DNA of 64,000 nucleotides, from the NCBI RefSeq assembly GCF_018350175.1, contig NC_058368.1, positions 217,374,001 through 217,438,000 of the forward strand. Direction: 5' to 3'. Origin of the DNA: Felis catus. Lineage: Eukaryota. The notes below the pieces were generated by a model that was given only the letters and a program-made list of their open reading frames with translations, did not search any database and was not told the DNA's origin. A program made the position numbers and the translations under genes. Each line of letters opens with the position of its first letter. Position 1 is the stretch's first letter. Below, in pieces: positions 26,020 through 39,442 of this stretch.

Positions 26020-26267
26020 TTTTCTTTTTTCTTTTTTTTTTTAATTTCTTAAATATTTTTTTTTTTTATTTTTGAGAGAGAGAGAGAGAGGGAGAGAGAC
26101 AGAGCTTCAGTGGGGGAGGGTCAGAGAGAGAGGGAGACACAGAATCCGAAGTAGGCTCCAGGCTATAAGCTGTCAGTACAGAACCTGATGTGGGGCTCAA
26201 ACTCATGAACTACAAAACATGACCTGACCAAAGTAAGACGTTTAACCAACTGAACCACCCAGGCACA
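26020..26267 (-). mobile_element. CanSINE
   Basis: Canonical antisense body (ggagacacagaatccgaagtaggctccaggct). Confidence 0.93.
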
Positions 26268-27126
26268 TTGGAACATTTGTTTTCTAGTTGAATGTGTTAT
26301 TTAATTTAATTCAATTAATATATCATCAGAGTGTGCTAATGAAAAATAAATGTAATATATGTAAAATATTTCTTTCTTCTTATTGTAATTACTTAAAAAG
26401 GACTGATGGAAGCAAATAGTCACAAAAACTGCTTTTTAGTTAGTTACTGGAGACAGACTGTTGCTATTGGAGGACATATAAAATATTAAAAGAAATATAA
26501 AAACCAGAAATGATTCTGTAGTGAAATTGCTTCAACACTGTCTTTTTTAAAGGTGTCCAGCATGTTTATTTGATACACTTATGTATGATAATATGATTGT
26601 CATTATAGAAATACTTAGCATCTGCATCAACAGTGGCTTCAGATCATCTTTCCACTTTAACCCCAAAAAGACTGCATTGTGGGTATGATTTATGAAAAAG
26701 AAGTAAGTCAACCCACACTAAGTTCTTTGCAACACAGATATTTTTAAATTAATGTACATGCATATGGTTTAAAATAAAGTACATAATTTGCAAATGTGTC
26801 ATTTTTATGCATCATCATTTTAAACCAACTTTTCCATTAATTTATCCACTGTGCCCTAATGGCCTCAGATATAAGGATTTCAAGTGTATAAATTTTTTGC
26901 TGTGAGTAATTTTAGAGGTCATCTATTCCTAGTATATTTACTACTGTACTTTTTTTTACGTAATATATTATCAAAACCTTTAAAAGGCTTGAAAAACTTG
27001 CATAGCAGGTTAGTGAAGAAAAAGAAGCTAGAACATATTTCTTTTGATTATAGTCTAGATATTATTTTGTTACATAATGTGGTTTCCCATTTTATCCCCT
27101 CTCTCTTTTAATTGCACTGACAACAC

Positions 27127-27158
27127 AGAACAAAACAAAACAAAACAAAACAAAACAA
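27127..27158. repeat. (AAAAC)n microsatellite
   Basis: Direct. Confidence 0.9.
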
Positions 27159-27189
27159 ATAACTTCTTTGGTATACAAACTCTACTCTT

Positions 27190-27666
27190 TTAGTTGGGTT
27201 CTCCCAAAAGCAGAGCATAAGACAAAGACTTCTGTGGAGGCCATTTGTTTAGAGGTGATCTCAGAAAGAGTAAGAGTAAAAAAAGAGGATGAAAAAGTGA
27301 GCGGAGCTAATCCAATCAAGATATGAATGAATGGATTACTGTTGTAAGTAACTTGGATACAATCTGCTAAGGAACATTCTGAGAAATTATGTGGGACACA
27401 CTTCAGAACATTCTCAGTTTAAGATAAGGAGATTGAGAAGTTTATCCAATTGCTTTTTGTCTCCCATTGAGGGTTGCCCCTGAAGAATGCAACTTCCAAG
27501 TCGCAGTTAGCCACTCTGTTGCCAGAAAAAATACACAGGAAGAAAAGCAGAGAAGTACAGTAATGAACCTGTTCTACTTGTATTCTAGAATATGTATAAG
27601 ACACCTGTAGGTGAACAGACAGGTAGAAAGAAATGGCACAGAACATCCATCAGCAATGTCTGCTAC
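27190..27666 (-). mobile_element. ERVL-type LTR (LTR33/LTR16-like)
   Basis: gggttctcccaaaagcagagcataagacaaagac...gaggtgatctcag and terminal tctgctaca. Confidence 0.6.
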
Positions 27667-28348
27667 AATTACACTGGACCCATAAATAAGTGGGCCAACT
27701 ATGTACTTGCTAGAAGATAGTACTTGAGATTCTTTACTATTCCCTGACACATAACTATGAACTTATAACTATGTCTGACTCATTTTCCCCAATATGATTA
27801 TGTGACACCCAAATTCTTAACATTGGCTAAACTATTTCAACTCTAGTATATACCATTTTTGCCTAAAATCATTATTACATTATTTAATCCCAAAAGTAAA
27901 TGATTTATTAACTTTTTTAGCTAATTTAAGCCCTCAATGTTTTTAAGTTCTCTGTACCTAATAGGTGTTAATACAATTTTGTTGAAATAACAAATACATC
28001 ATTGTCTCAGATGAAAACACGTTAAGATCTTTCTCAATAACATGTTAAGTCTTATCATACTATCCCTGAATTATTATTTACATTGTTTATATACAGATTA
28101 TTGTGTTTAAATCAAACACATAATTGATCAATAGTTTTAGTGAACTGTTCTTTTATACATAACTTCATATTTTAAAATTTTCACCTTTTTTATTTTTGGA
28201 GATTCTATCATCATTGTGGCATAAAACTCTTAGGAATCATTCTAGAGTCACATTAAAATAGCACCATTAGGGTAGGCAGGGAAGCAGACAAGTGCCAAAC
28301 TTGAAGAAAACACACATTTAATATTTAAGATGAAAACTGAAATATACA

Positions 28349-28572
28349 GGGCTCCTGGGTGGCTCAGTCGGTTGAGCATCCGACTTCAGCTCAGGTCATG
28401 ATCTCCCAGTTCGTGGGTTCGAGCCCCACGTTGGGCTCTGTGCTGACAGCTCAGAGCCTGGAGCCTGCTTCAGATTCTGTGTCTCCCTCTCTCTGCCCCT
28501 TCCCCACTCATGTTCTGTCTCTGTCTCTCTCTCTCAAAAATGAATAAACGTTAAAAAAAATTAAAAAAAAAA
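28349..28572 (+). mobile_element. CanSINE with 17 bp TSD
   Basis: TSD gaaaactgaaatataca at 28332-28348 and 28573-28589. Confidence 0.96.
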
Positions 28573-28604
28573 GAAAACTGAAATATACAAATTGGAAAGC
28601 CAGA

Positions 28605-29014
28605 TTTATTTTATAAAGTTTTTATTTAAATTCCAGTTAGTTAACATACAGTGTAATATTAGTTTCAGGTGTACAATATAATGATTCAACACTTCCATAC
28701 AACACCCAGTGCTCATCACAGCAGGTGCAGCAGGTGCACTCCTTAATCCCTATCACCTATTTCACCTATCCCCTCACCCATCTCCCCTCTGGTAACCAAT
28801 GGTTTGTTCTCTACAGGCAAGAGTTCCTTGGTTTGCCTCTCTTCTTCTCTTTGCTCATTTGTTTTATTTCTTAAGTGCCACAGATGATTGAAATCATATG
28901 GTATTTGTCTTTTCTGACTGACAGACTTATTTCGCTTAGCATTACACTCTCTAACTCCATTCATGTCATTGGAAATGGCAAGATTTAGTTCTTTTTGATG
29001 CCTGAGTAATATTC

Positions 29015-29063
<49 letters not shown>

Positions 29064-30872
29064 ACATCTTCTTTATCCATTCATCAGCCAATAGACATTT
29101 GGGCTTTCTCCACAGTTTGGCTATTGTTGATAATGCTGGTATAAACATCAGGGTGCATGTACTCCTTTGAATCTGTATTTTTATATATTTTGGGTAAATA
29201 CCTAGTAGTGCAATTGCTGGATCATGGGGTAGTCTTATTTTCAAATTTTTGAAGAACCTCCATACTTGTTTCAATGGTGGCTGCCCCAGTTTGCATTCCC
29301 ACAAACAGTGAAAGAGGGTTCTCCTTTCTCCACATCCTCCCCAACACCTGTTGTTTCTGGTTTTGTTTCTTTTAGCCATCTGGAAGCCATCTGGACAGGT
29401 GTGAGATGATATCTCATTGTAGTTTTGATTTGTATTTCCCTGAAAATCAGTATGTTGAGTCCTTTCATGTGTCTGTTGGCCATCTGCAACTTATCTTCGG
29501 AAAATCATCTATTCATGCCTTCTGCCCATTTTTTAATTGGATTATTCATTTTTTGGGTGTTGACTTTTATAAGTTCTTTATTTATTTTTAATAGTAACCC
29601 TTTATCAGATATGTCATTTGCAAATATCTTCTCCCATTACCTGGATTGCCTTTTGGTTTTGTTGATTCCTTCACTGAGCAGAAGCTTTTCATTGTGATGA
29701 AGTGCCAATAGTTTATTTTTGCTTTTGTTTCCCTTGCCTTTGGAGACATATCTACAAAGAAGTTGCTACAGCCAATGTCAAAAATGTTACTGTGCATGTT
29801 CTTATCTAGATATGTATGGTTTCAAGTCTCACATTTAGGTCTTTCATCCATTTTGAATTTATTTTTGTGTATGGTGTAAGAAAGTGGTTCAGTATCATTA
29901 TTTTGCATGTTACTGTCCAGTTTTCCCAGCACCATTTGTTGAAGAGGCTGTCTTTTTCCCGTTGGATAATTTTTCATGCTTTGTTAAAGATTCACTGACC
30001 ATATAGTTGTGGATTCATTTCTGGGTTTTCTACTCTGTTCTATTGATCCATGTGTCTATTTTTGTGCCAGTAGCATACTATTTTGATCCTACAGCTTTGT
30101 AATATAACTTGAAGTCTGGTATTGTGATGCCTCCAGTTTTGCTTTGCTTTTTCAAGGTTGCTTTGGCTATGGCATCTTTTGTGGTTCCACACAAATATTA
30201 GAATTGTTTGTTCTAGCTCTGTGAAAAATGCTGGTGATATTTTGATAGAGATTGCATTAAATGTGTCAGAGTAGAGGTCTTTCACCCTTTGGTTAGGTTT
30301 ATTATAAGGTATCTTATTAATGTTGGTGCAATTGTAAATGGGATTGATTCCTTGATTTCTCTTTCTGTAACTTCATTATTGGTGTATATAAATGCAACGG
30401 ATTGTTGTACATTGATTTCATATCCTGCAACTTTACTAAATTTATTTATCAGTTCTAGCAGTGTTCTGGTGGAGACTTTTGAGGTTTTTTTTTTTAAGTT
30501 TATTAATTTTTGAGAGAAAAAGAGAGACAGACTGCTAGTATGGGAGGTGCAGAGAGCAAGAAGGAGAGAGAGACACAGAATCTGAAGCAGGCTTCAGGCT
30601 TGGGCTGTCAGCACAGTGCCCAATGCAGGGCTCAAATCCACGAACCATGAGATCATGACCTGGGCCAAAGTTGGACACTTAACCAACTGGGCCACCCAGG
30701 TGCCCCAACGTTTTTAGTTTTCTATACAGAGTATTATATTATCTTCAAATAATGAAAGTTTTACTTCTTCTTTACTGATTTGGATGCCTTTCATTTATTT
30801 TTGTTGTCTGATTGCTGTAGCTAGGACTTCTAGTACTATGTTGAATGATAGTGGTAAGAGTGGACATCCCTG
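28605..30872 (-). mobile_element. Carnivore L1, non-inverted 3' segment (ORF2 from QGCPL to end, plus 3' UTR); disrupted
   Basis: Minus-strand ORF2 peptides ([57 protein letters not shown]); frameshifts; (GT)n at 29017-29061. Confidence 0.95.
30485..30706 (-). mobile_element. CanSINE inserted in L1 ORF2
   Basis: SINE body interrupts L1, which resumes at tttctatacagagtattatattatct. Confidence 0.93.
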
Positions 30873-30875
30873 AAT

Positions 30876-31940
30876 GGCCTACCTCAAGAAGCAAGCAAAA
30901 TCTCAAATAAACATCCTATCCTTACACCTAAAGGATCTAGAAAAAGAACAACAAATGAAGCCTAAACCAGCAGAAAGATAGGAATAATAAAGATTACAGC
31001 AGAAATAAATAATATAGCAACTGAAAAGACAATAGAACAGATCAATGAAACCAGAAGCTGGTCTTTGAAAAAATTAATCAAATTGATAAATCTCTAGCCA
31101 AACTTATCAAAAAGGAAAGAGAAAGGCCCCAAATAAATAAAATCACAAATGAAAGAGGAGAAATAACAACCAACACCACAGAAATACAAACAATTATAAG
31201 AGAATATTATGAAAAAGTATATGCCAACAAATTGGACAACCTGGAAGAAACGGGTAAATTCCTACAAACACATAAACTACCAAAACTGAAACAGGAAGAA
31301 ATCGGAAATTTGAACAGACTGATAACCAGCAAAGAAATTGCATCAGTAAGGAAAAAACTCCCAGCAAACAAAGTCCAGGGCCAGATGGCTTTACAGGCGA
31401 ATTCTACCAAACATTTGTTTTTTTTCTCTACCAAGCATTTAAAGAAGATTTAATACCAATTCTTCTCAAAGTATTCCAAACAATAGAAAAGGAGGGAGAA
31501 CTTCCAAATTCATTCTATGAAGCCTGAATTACCCTGATACCAAAGCCAGTTAAAGACTCCACTAAAAAAGAGAACTACAAGACAATATCCCTGATGAACA
31601 TGGATGCAAAAGTCCTCAATAAAATATTAGCAAATTGAATCCAACAATATATTTAAAAAATAATTGACCACGATAAAGTGGGGTTTATTCCTGGTTAAGA
31701 GGGTGGTTCAGTATTTGCAAATCAATCAACATGATATGTCACATTAATAAAAGAAAGGAGAAGGACCATATGATCATTTCAATAGATGCAGAAAAAGCAT
31801 TTGACAAAGTACAACATCCATTCATGATAACCCTCAACAAAGTAGGTTTAGTGGGAACATACTTTAACACAATAAAGGCTATATATGAAAAACCCACAGC
31901 TAATATTATCTTCAATGGAGAAAAGCTGAGAGCTTTTCTT
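30876..31940 (+). mobile_element. Carnivore L1, inverted 5' segment (ORF2 up to the RT domain)
   Basis: Plus-strand ORF2 peptides [24 protein letters not shown] and [20 protein letters not shown]...NGEKLRAF. Confidence 0.95.
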
Positions 31941-33907
31941 CAACAGTCAGTCAAATATAATCCTAATGCTCCTGAAATTGTCACACTATTCTTGTTGCTG
32001 TTATTTGCTTATTTTTCTCTTTCCCTCCCAGGCTTAAATTTCATCAAAAGCTGTGGTGTTACTAGGATAATTAATAAATAATTGCCTTCTCTGTTAAATA
32101 CCCTTCAGTTTATCAGAGTAGAAGTGGATACTTCAAATTGAGGTTTCAGAGCAAAATAAATGTTCTCCAATTCAAAACTAGTCTAAGATTTTGTGTAATG
32201 CAGTGGTTAAAAATAGCAGTATTCCTCATATTTTGATATCGAAAGTCACAGTAGTTGACAGCTGACTGATTCTGAGCTTCTCTTTTTCCTTTGCATTTTC
32301 AGAGGTAGGGACTTTCAGGCATTATTGGATTTTTGTTGATTGATAGTTTACATTTTACAAGTTTTACGAGGATATTTTTTTCACTTTCATTACTATTGGG
32401 AATACATTAGTAGTTATTTTATGGAAACATAGAGGTTTTTCTTTTATTAGTTTTAGTTCCAGCTATAATTCTAATTTGATTCAGAAAGCAGGAAGCCATC
32501 ACTGCAATAAGCTTTGTATGTAATGTTCCTTCATTTTAGACAATATCATAGACAATATCAAGCATCAAATGTTGCGATTCGTCTCCAGGCAACATCCTCT
32601 GCTCAACACTGTAGCAGTTGTGAGATTACAAAACAAAATTCTGATTTTGGTAAACTTATTTTACCCAGAGTTAACGCACTACGTATATATTACACTATCA
32701 CTCATGTAACTAATTGTAGGTGATGCAAATAGCTCTCAGAAGGATAATCTATTTTGCTTCGTTATTTTTTTTATTAAGTGGCTTCCTTCCTTTTTATAAT
32801 TTATACCTTGCAAAGTTGAATTAAATGTTGAATTTCATCACAGCAAAAATCTAAATTACTAGTGCATATAAAACAAAGTACCAGACAACTTGCTGAAAAG
32901 GCAGAAAGGAGCTCTGAATCGCCTCGTGGTGATAAAATTTTTGATCTGGAAGGAGTTCTCTCCTATTACAAGATGAAGAAGTTTAGGCCCATATCTATTA
33001 AGTGACTTGTCCAAGGGCACACAAAGATTGAGTGCATTGAGGGCCAGCAAATGTGAAGCTCTTTGACATAAGCAGCTGTGGAACACGGCCAGCACAGTAG
33101 CCTCTTCCCACAGAATTTTCTGCAAGAAGCACAGGGGTAGTGGAACTTTCAGACCTGAGAGTTGACGTCATAAACCTTCATTCTTTCCCAATGAAAGCTG
33201 AGTATAGATGTTGCTTAACACTTTCAACAAACTGACTCCATCAGGTATCCATCAGGATGCCACTTAACCCCCAAGTATGTCTAATTCTGATCTGTTAAGG
33301 ACTAGTAAAATATATATATTTTCTCAGCCCTCAAATGTCAACATGAACTGTTGACAGTTCTAGGTCAACTGGGTCCTGTCATCGAATACCCCCTCCCTCT
33401 ACCAAAGCAGCAAGGATTCTTGTGAAAATGTTATTAATATTTTAAATGTCAACTCTATAGTTTCAACAAGAAGCTGTTGCTTGGAATGGCTGGCTCTTTA
33501 GAGTGAATCAAAGTGGGCCCTAGGATGGGAATAAATTGGTGCTAATGAAAAAATATATTTTCTTAGGTTTATTTTTCTTTTTTAAATCAAATTTGAAAGT
33601 TTTAAGCAGGTATCCTGAGTTCTAACTTTTAAATGTTCAGTGAAGAGGCTTTATGTATATTACAGTAACATAAGGGATTACTATAATGATCTATCATTAT
33701 AATTCATTTAACTTTAAATTTAAAGTTAAATTTAAAGTTAACTTCAACAATGGACCACCTCAAACTCATGCATCTAAATATGAGTGTGTTTTACACAGTT
33801 ATGCTAGTGTGTGTGTGTGTGTATAAAATAGAGAAAGAGGAAGAGAATATAACAAACCACAAAACCACATGTAAATGTATTTCAATGTGTATTTTTATGA
33901 TCAGTTT

Positions 33908-34125
33908 TTAATTATTTGTAATGTTTTATTTATATTTAAGAGAGAGAGAGAGAGCACAAGCAGGGAAAGGGCAGAGAGAGATGGAGACACAGAATCTGAA
34001 GCAGGCTCCAGGCTCTGAGCTGTCAGCACAGACAGAGCCCAATGTGGGGCTCAAACCCATGAACCACGAGATCATGCCCAGAGCCAAAGTCAGAGGCTTA
34101 ACTGACTGAGCCACTCAGATGCCCC
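33908..34125 (-). mobile_element. CanSINE with TSD
   Basis: Flanks tatgatcagttt / tatgatcatttt. Confidence 0.93.
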
Positions 34126-34447
34126 TATGATCATTTTGTTTAATGGAATATTTGCATTAGAACACATCTAAACTATAGGAACTATATTTCTGTTGTAGAA
34201 ATATGAAGTTAATTGTATTCATACAAATGAATTCAGTGTTTAATATATAAATTGGGAAAATTCTACTTTGGTTATGTTTTCAGAAGTGTGATATTATATA
34301 TTTTCTCCTCATATAGCTGCAACTATCCTATTCTCTCCTGTCATTCTGTGACTCCTTTTTCTCTTATACTTTTCTCTAATTTCCAAACTTCTGTCTTTCT
34401 ATGATTCAGGATAGGTCTTTTCTTCTGATAAAAATTTCAATTCATTA

Positions 34448-34634
34448 GGGGCATCTAGGTGGCTCCATCAGTTGAATGTCCGACTTTGGCTCAGGTCATG
34501 ATCTCGCAGTTTGTGGGTTCAAGCCCCGAAGCAAGCTCTGTGCTGACAGCTCAGATTCTGTGTCTCTCCGTCTCTCAGCCCCTCCCCTGCTCATGCTCTG
34601 TCTCTATCTCAATAATAAATAAATGTTAATTTTT
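34448..34634 (+). mobile_element. CanSINE with internal deletion, TSD
   Basis: TSD tttcaattcatta; gctcaga|ttctgtg lacks the gcctggagcctgct segment. Confidence 0.92.
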
Positions 34635-34881
34635 TTTCAATTCATTAAATATCTAGTCAGATGCCCTTAAGCCAATATATTGAGTTTTTAATTTTATTTA
34701 GTGATTTTTCCTTTATTTAGGAAATTCTCATTAAATTGTTGATTTGTATTTTTCTAGTCTCTGCTCACATTTTCCACAATTAAAAAAAATCTTGGCTATG
34801 TTTGCACACATATATGTAGTCCTCATCTTTTATCTTATATTTCTCTAAGTTTCAGGTCAGATTTTGTAAAACCAAATTACT

Positions 34882-35123
34882 TATTTATTTATTTGTTTAA
34901 AGTGTATCATTTTCAAAGTTTATTTATTTTGAGAGTGAGAGAGTGCAAGTGGGGGAGGGGTGGAGAAGCGGAGGGAGAGAGAGAGAGAAAAAGAGAGAGA
35001 GAAGAATCCTAAGCAGACCCCACACTGTCAGTGCGGAGCCCAATGCCGGGCTCGAACTCACAAACGGTAAGATGATGACCTGAGCCGAAGTCTGATGCTC
35101 ATCTCACTGAGCCACCCAGGCGC
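34882..35123 (-). mobile_element. CanSINE
   Basis: GA tract; ends gagccacccaggcgc. Confidence 0.9.
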
Positions 35124-35775
35124 TAACCATTGTAAAAGCCAACCATTGTTTATTAAATTTTTATCACTTTATGTGATAATTTCAAAATCTTGGAATTTAT
35201 TCATGACAGAATGTACTTTACTTCTGCTTAGCCATAAAGCTGGAAAGAGGTAACATTAACGCAATGACAGCCTGACATGATCTGAGTCCCTGTTGTTGCT
35301 TCTGTGCCCACCTAGGCTTCTGCCTCCAAAGCCAAGTAAAGCTTATTTATTTTATCCGGGTCCTTCCTCTTTGCAGCCTCCGAATTTCTTTTTTTTTTTT
35401 TTTCTTTTAGCTTAATGAAACTCAATTTCCCAAGCTCTCTTCCTCTTTTTGTAGATTTAGTAATCCCGTCAAGAATATAGACGTCAAATGTTGGGTTCCC
35501 ATTTCTAGTCTTTCCTTTCCTCGGGGACTGTAGCTTTTCAGGTTCTCACTGCCTTTTGAATCTTCTCATGCTTTTCAGCAGATTAAAAAAAACATACTTT
35601 CTTCCATATTTTCTAAATTTTCTGGAGGAAGTTTAGTCTGAGCAAGCTGGTCCACAATTACATAGAACAGACTTTCTTAGATTTTTTTTAGGTTTTTTAT
35701 ATAAATGTATATTAGTTCAAAGCTTAGGATTTAATCTGCAAATTTCTTTGCAGTATTTAAAATGTAAGAGTACAT

Positions 35776-35928
35776 GAGTGCCTGTGTGGCTCAGTTGGTT
35801 AAGCAACCAACTCTTGATTCCAGCTCAGGTCGTGACCTCTTAAATTGAGCCCTCTCTCCACTGTGAGGGCCAAGTTCTTGGGATTCTCTCTCTCTCACTC
35901 AAAATAAATATTTAAAAAATAAATAAAA
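35776..35928 (+). mobile_element. Degenerate, shortened CanSINE
   Basis: gtgcctgtgtggctcagttggttaagcaaccaactcttgattccagctcaggtc head; short body. Confidence 0.8.
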
Positions 35929-36742
35929 TCAAATGTATCAGTGCAGGCATAAAAGTTATCAGTTTATATTCATTTGAGTTACATCTAAATCTTCCATAGG
36001 GATGTTCAATTAGGTGCGTATTTCAGAGCAGTTCACTATAAATCAGATTATGTAGACACATAAAAATTAAAATATAATTCTCAGTAAAACTGACCATTAT
36101 TGTTTGTAAATGTAGGTAGGTATTTGATGATACTATGAACCATGTGTAACTGAAAGCAAAAATTATGTAGAACTGAAATGGAGATAATTGTCCTGCAAAT
36201 AAAGCCACAACATTTTTTGATGCACAGCAAAATGTTAATTCTTACAGATGATTAATGGCCAGTTCAGAATGCCAAAGACCAGTGAAAGAAATTTCACTCT
36301 TTAATAAAGCTGCCTATTGTCACAGTGAAAATTGAATATTCATCAGTGTAAAAATTACATCATTTGAAAAAGGAGGACGGGTGCATGTATTTAATGTAAC
36401 CACTCAACTAGCTCTATGTAGAATGGACACAATTGCTCCTGTATGATGTAAAAGGAACTAAATACATCCCTAAATAAAATATCTCCCTTGCTGGATTATT
36501 TGAAGGTCTGCAATTACCCTTGTTAAGGATTCTCATATTTTAAGTCTATTGTGCTCTCCAGAAGAGGCAAACCTTTGCAAGTTAATATTGTTGGAGAAAT
36601 ACTTATCTAATCAACAACACAGTTATTCATTTTTTATGGGGCAATGGCAATAATAGCGCCTACCATTTTTTAAATGCTTGCTTTGTGCAAGAGATGATAT
36701 TTATTGTGCCAGGGACTATGTACATGCAGCCACTATATATTA

Positions 36743-36881
36743 GTGTGTGTGTATGTGTGTGTATGTGTGTTCCATTTTCTTTACGATTATAGCCTCTCAG
36801 GTTAGCACTGTCTCTTTTATATATATCATATATATATAGTTTTATATATATAGTTCCCTCCTCCCCGGGGGGGGGGGGGGG

Positions 36882-36925
<44 letters not shown>
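36743..36925. repeat. Microsatellite cluster (GT)n, (TA)n, G15, (GT)n inside a probable MIR
   Basis: Direct; G run at 36867-36881. Confidence 0.85.
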
Positions 36926-36927
<2 letters not shown>

Positions 36928-39226
36928 CACTGTAGTTACTATTTTCTACATCTTGCAAAGGAAGGGCAAGAGGCTTAAAATGGTAAGTAACTTATGTACT
37001 ATAACACAAGTAAGAAAAGGCAAAAGGCAGACCTCAAATCCTCATCAAAATTCGATAGGTCTATGGGGCAGGTGAGTGTGTGTCAGACTAGGTCCACCAA
37101 ACACCAGCTGGCAGAAGACAAAACTTCAGACGGAATCATCTGTAAGTTGTATGAATTTCTCATCCTATCTTTTCATTGTATTGTATTTATTTTACTTTAT
37201 CTTTTATATTTTCGTTTTAACACAGTACAAGACAACATCATGTCATTCGCTGACATAACCTCTTTACCTATTGTGGAGGTGTTTGTCTTTATTTGCAGTT
37301 GAGTTCCATGTATAAGTACTACTATATCACTTGAGCTAATGGGAAAAGAAACCAGAGTGGAATCAATTAATGAATTATGACAACTGTGACTGAAAAGTTT
37401 GAAATGTGTGAGCCATTGTCTGGCCTAGTTTATAAAGAGATGCCAAACTTAACATTTCTGTATAAGTCAATATCATGTTAATATTAAAGAAGCAATTAAT
37501 TTCAGAAATGTCCCGACGTTTTTTTCTTGAAATTAATATTAACTGGAATTATGCTGGCATGCCATATCTTTGCAGTTAAATGTCATCTTTTTTTATTTTG
37601 TAGGACCTATTAACATAGTTTATACTTAGAAATGCAGATAATTTAAGCCAACCGCTGTGCCAATGAGAATTATTTTCTTTTAAAATGGATTCATATATTA
37701 CTCTGGTTTTCGAAACAAACAAAATGGGAATATTGAGTTTAAGGCACTCAGGCAGGCGGAGAATCAGTATGTGAAAAAGTGCAAGATCTCCCGCACTTGT
37801 TATAAGAGGTCTTCAGATAATTCAAGATCAACTAGGTAGTTTGGGACGCATAGTTTATAAATTTACCACCTTCATATTTTTTTAGGGTCTGAACTGAGCA
37901 TCAGATCTTGCAACAGCGTGATAATAAAGGCAGAGTAGAGTCAAACTCTATTCATCTTTAGGGTTATTGGTTTTATACAATATTATCTATTATGGTGAAA
38001 TGCTGAAATTTTAAATGATTTTCTTATGAAAGCAGTAATAAAGTTGACCTAAGCACACACTAACCAGACAAAACAAATGCATATTCATAAAAATAGAGAA
38101 AACCAGATATCAGAACCAAATAAAAATAAATATACTTGCCCCCATATTATACTCATTTTTCAATGCATCTAAAATTACCATAAATTTAAACCACTGAATT
38201 CTAAAGAAGTACCAAAGAGGTCACTTTGCAAGTCATTTTGTATTTATGGTACATAGAAATAAAATTTTAGTGTTGAAATATATCATCTCCTAACCCTCTT
38301 TTTAACTATCCTCTAAGTGGCAATACCTTCATCATTTTAAGGAGGCATTCAATATGAAATATAAAATTTCACATGTTATTGATCAAGGCAAGTAAATCTA
38401 GCTTTTATTTAGTATTTGAGAAATGAATATTAAACTATGTCGGCCTATTTGAGGAAAAAACTTATTTTATTAGAGTCGTTCAAACAAGAATCTTCCTTCA
38501 TAGGGAGTTGTACTTCTAAAAGATCAGATGAACTTTAAGTCTCAGCCTATGAATAAAGAATTCCCCTGTTAAGGTCATGATAAGATTGACTTGCATGGAA
38601 ACTGCCTGCTTAACTGGTGGCAGATGGGGTGAAGCTGAGGAAGATAGATTATAAAGTCTTTTGCTAATTGGGTATCTTGCGTTTCATTAACCTACCAAAA
38701 CCAGGAATAAGCATCTGGACATATTTGTGTTACATAAAATATTCACACAATAGATGTTAAAGTCAGTAGATCATACCCGTTTCCTGAAGCAACACAAAAT
38801 AATATATAATTTCTAAACATGTAAAGAAAAAGATGTTAGAACAATGAAACTCAATTAACCCAATAAAATTAGGGACGAAAATAGAGCCAACAGGTTTGCA
38901 TCCTTGGAACTGAGAGACAGAGATTGAAAGAGACTGAGAGAGGGGGTTGGGGTTTGGGGGGAGACAATGTGTACACAGACCAGTAAATCCAAGGAGTGAG
39001 CTAAACTCAACCTTAAAAAGGAACTCATTTATTCTAAACAGAAACATTTTAAAAGTAACTGCAATGTTAGTAAATACATTTTCATAGGGTGTATACGGCA
39101 ATCATCTGATACTCCTATAAAGCAGCACTTATAAATTTTGTAGGTGCTGCTTTACATGTAATAAACATTTAATTAAACTACCTCCTGAAATAGATGACAC
39201 ATGATCCATACTTTAAGAATGAGGAA

Positions 39227-39442
39227 GGGGCGCCTCAGTGGCTCAGTCAGTTAAGCGTCTGACTTCGGCTCAGGTCATGATCTTGTAGTTTGTGAGTTCA
39301 ATCCTTGTGTCGGGCTCTGTGCTGGCAGCTCAGAGCCTGGGGCCTGCTTCTGATTCTGTGTCTCCCTCTCTCTCTCTGCCCCTCCCTTGTTCACACTCTG
39401 TCTCTTAATGATAAATAAACGTGAAAAAAATTAAAAAAGAAA
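39227..39442 (+). mobile_element. CanSINE with 12 bp TSD, inserted in a MIR-like element
   Basis: TSD aagaatgaggaa; flanks read gaggaaactga...aagtcatttggccaaggccaca (MIR core). Confidence 0.95.

Noticed and set aside
31731..32081. 116 aa ORF fusing an RT motif to a hydrophobic tail
   Set aside because: L1 ORF2 fragment reading through the insertion boundary into flank; the surrounding ORF2 is frameshifted, with no sign of domestication.
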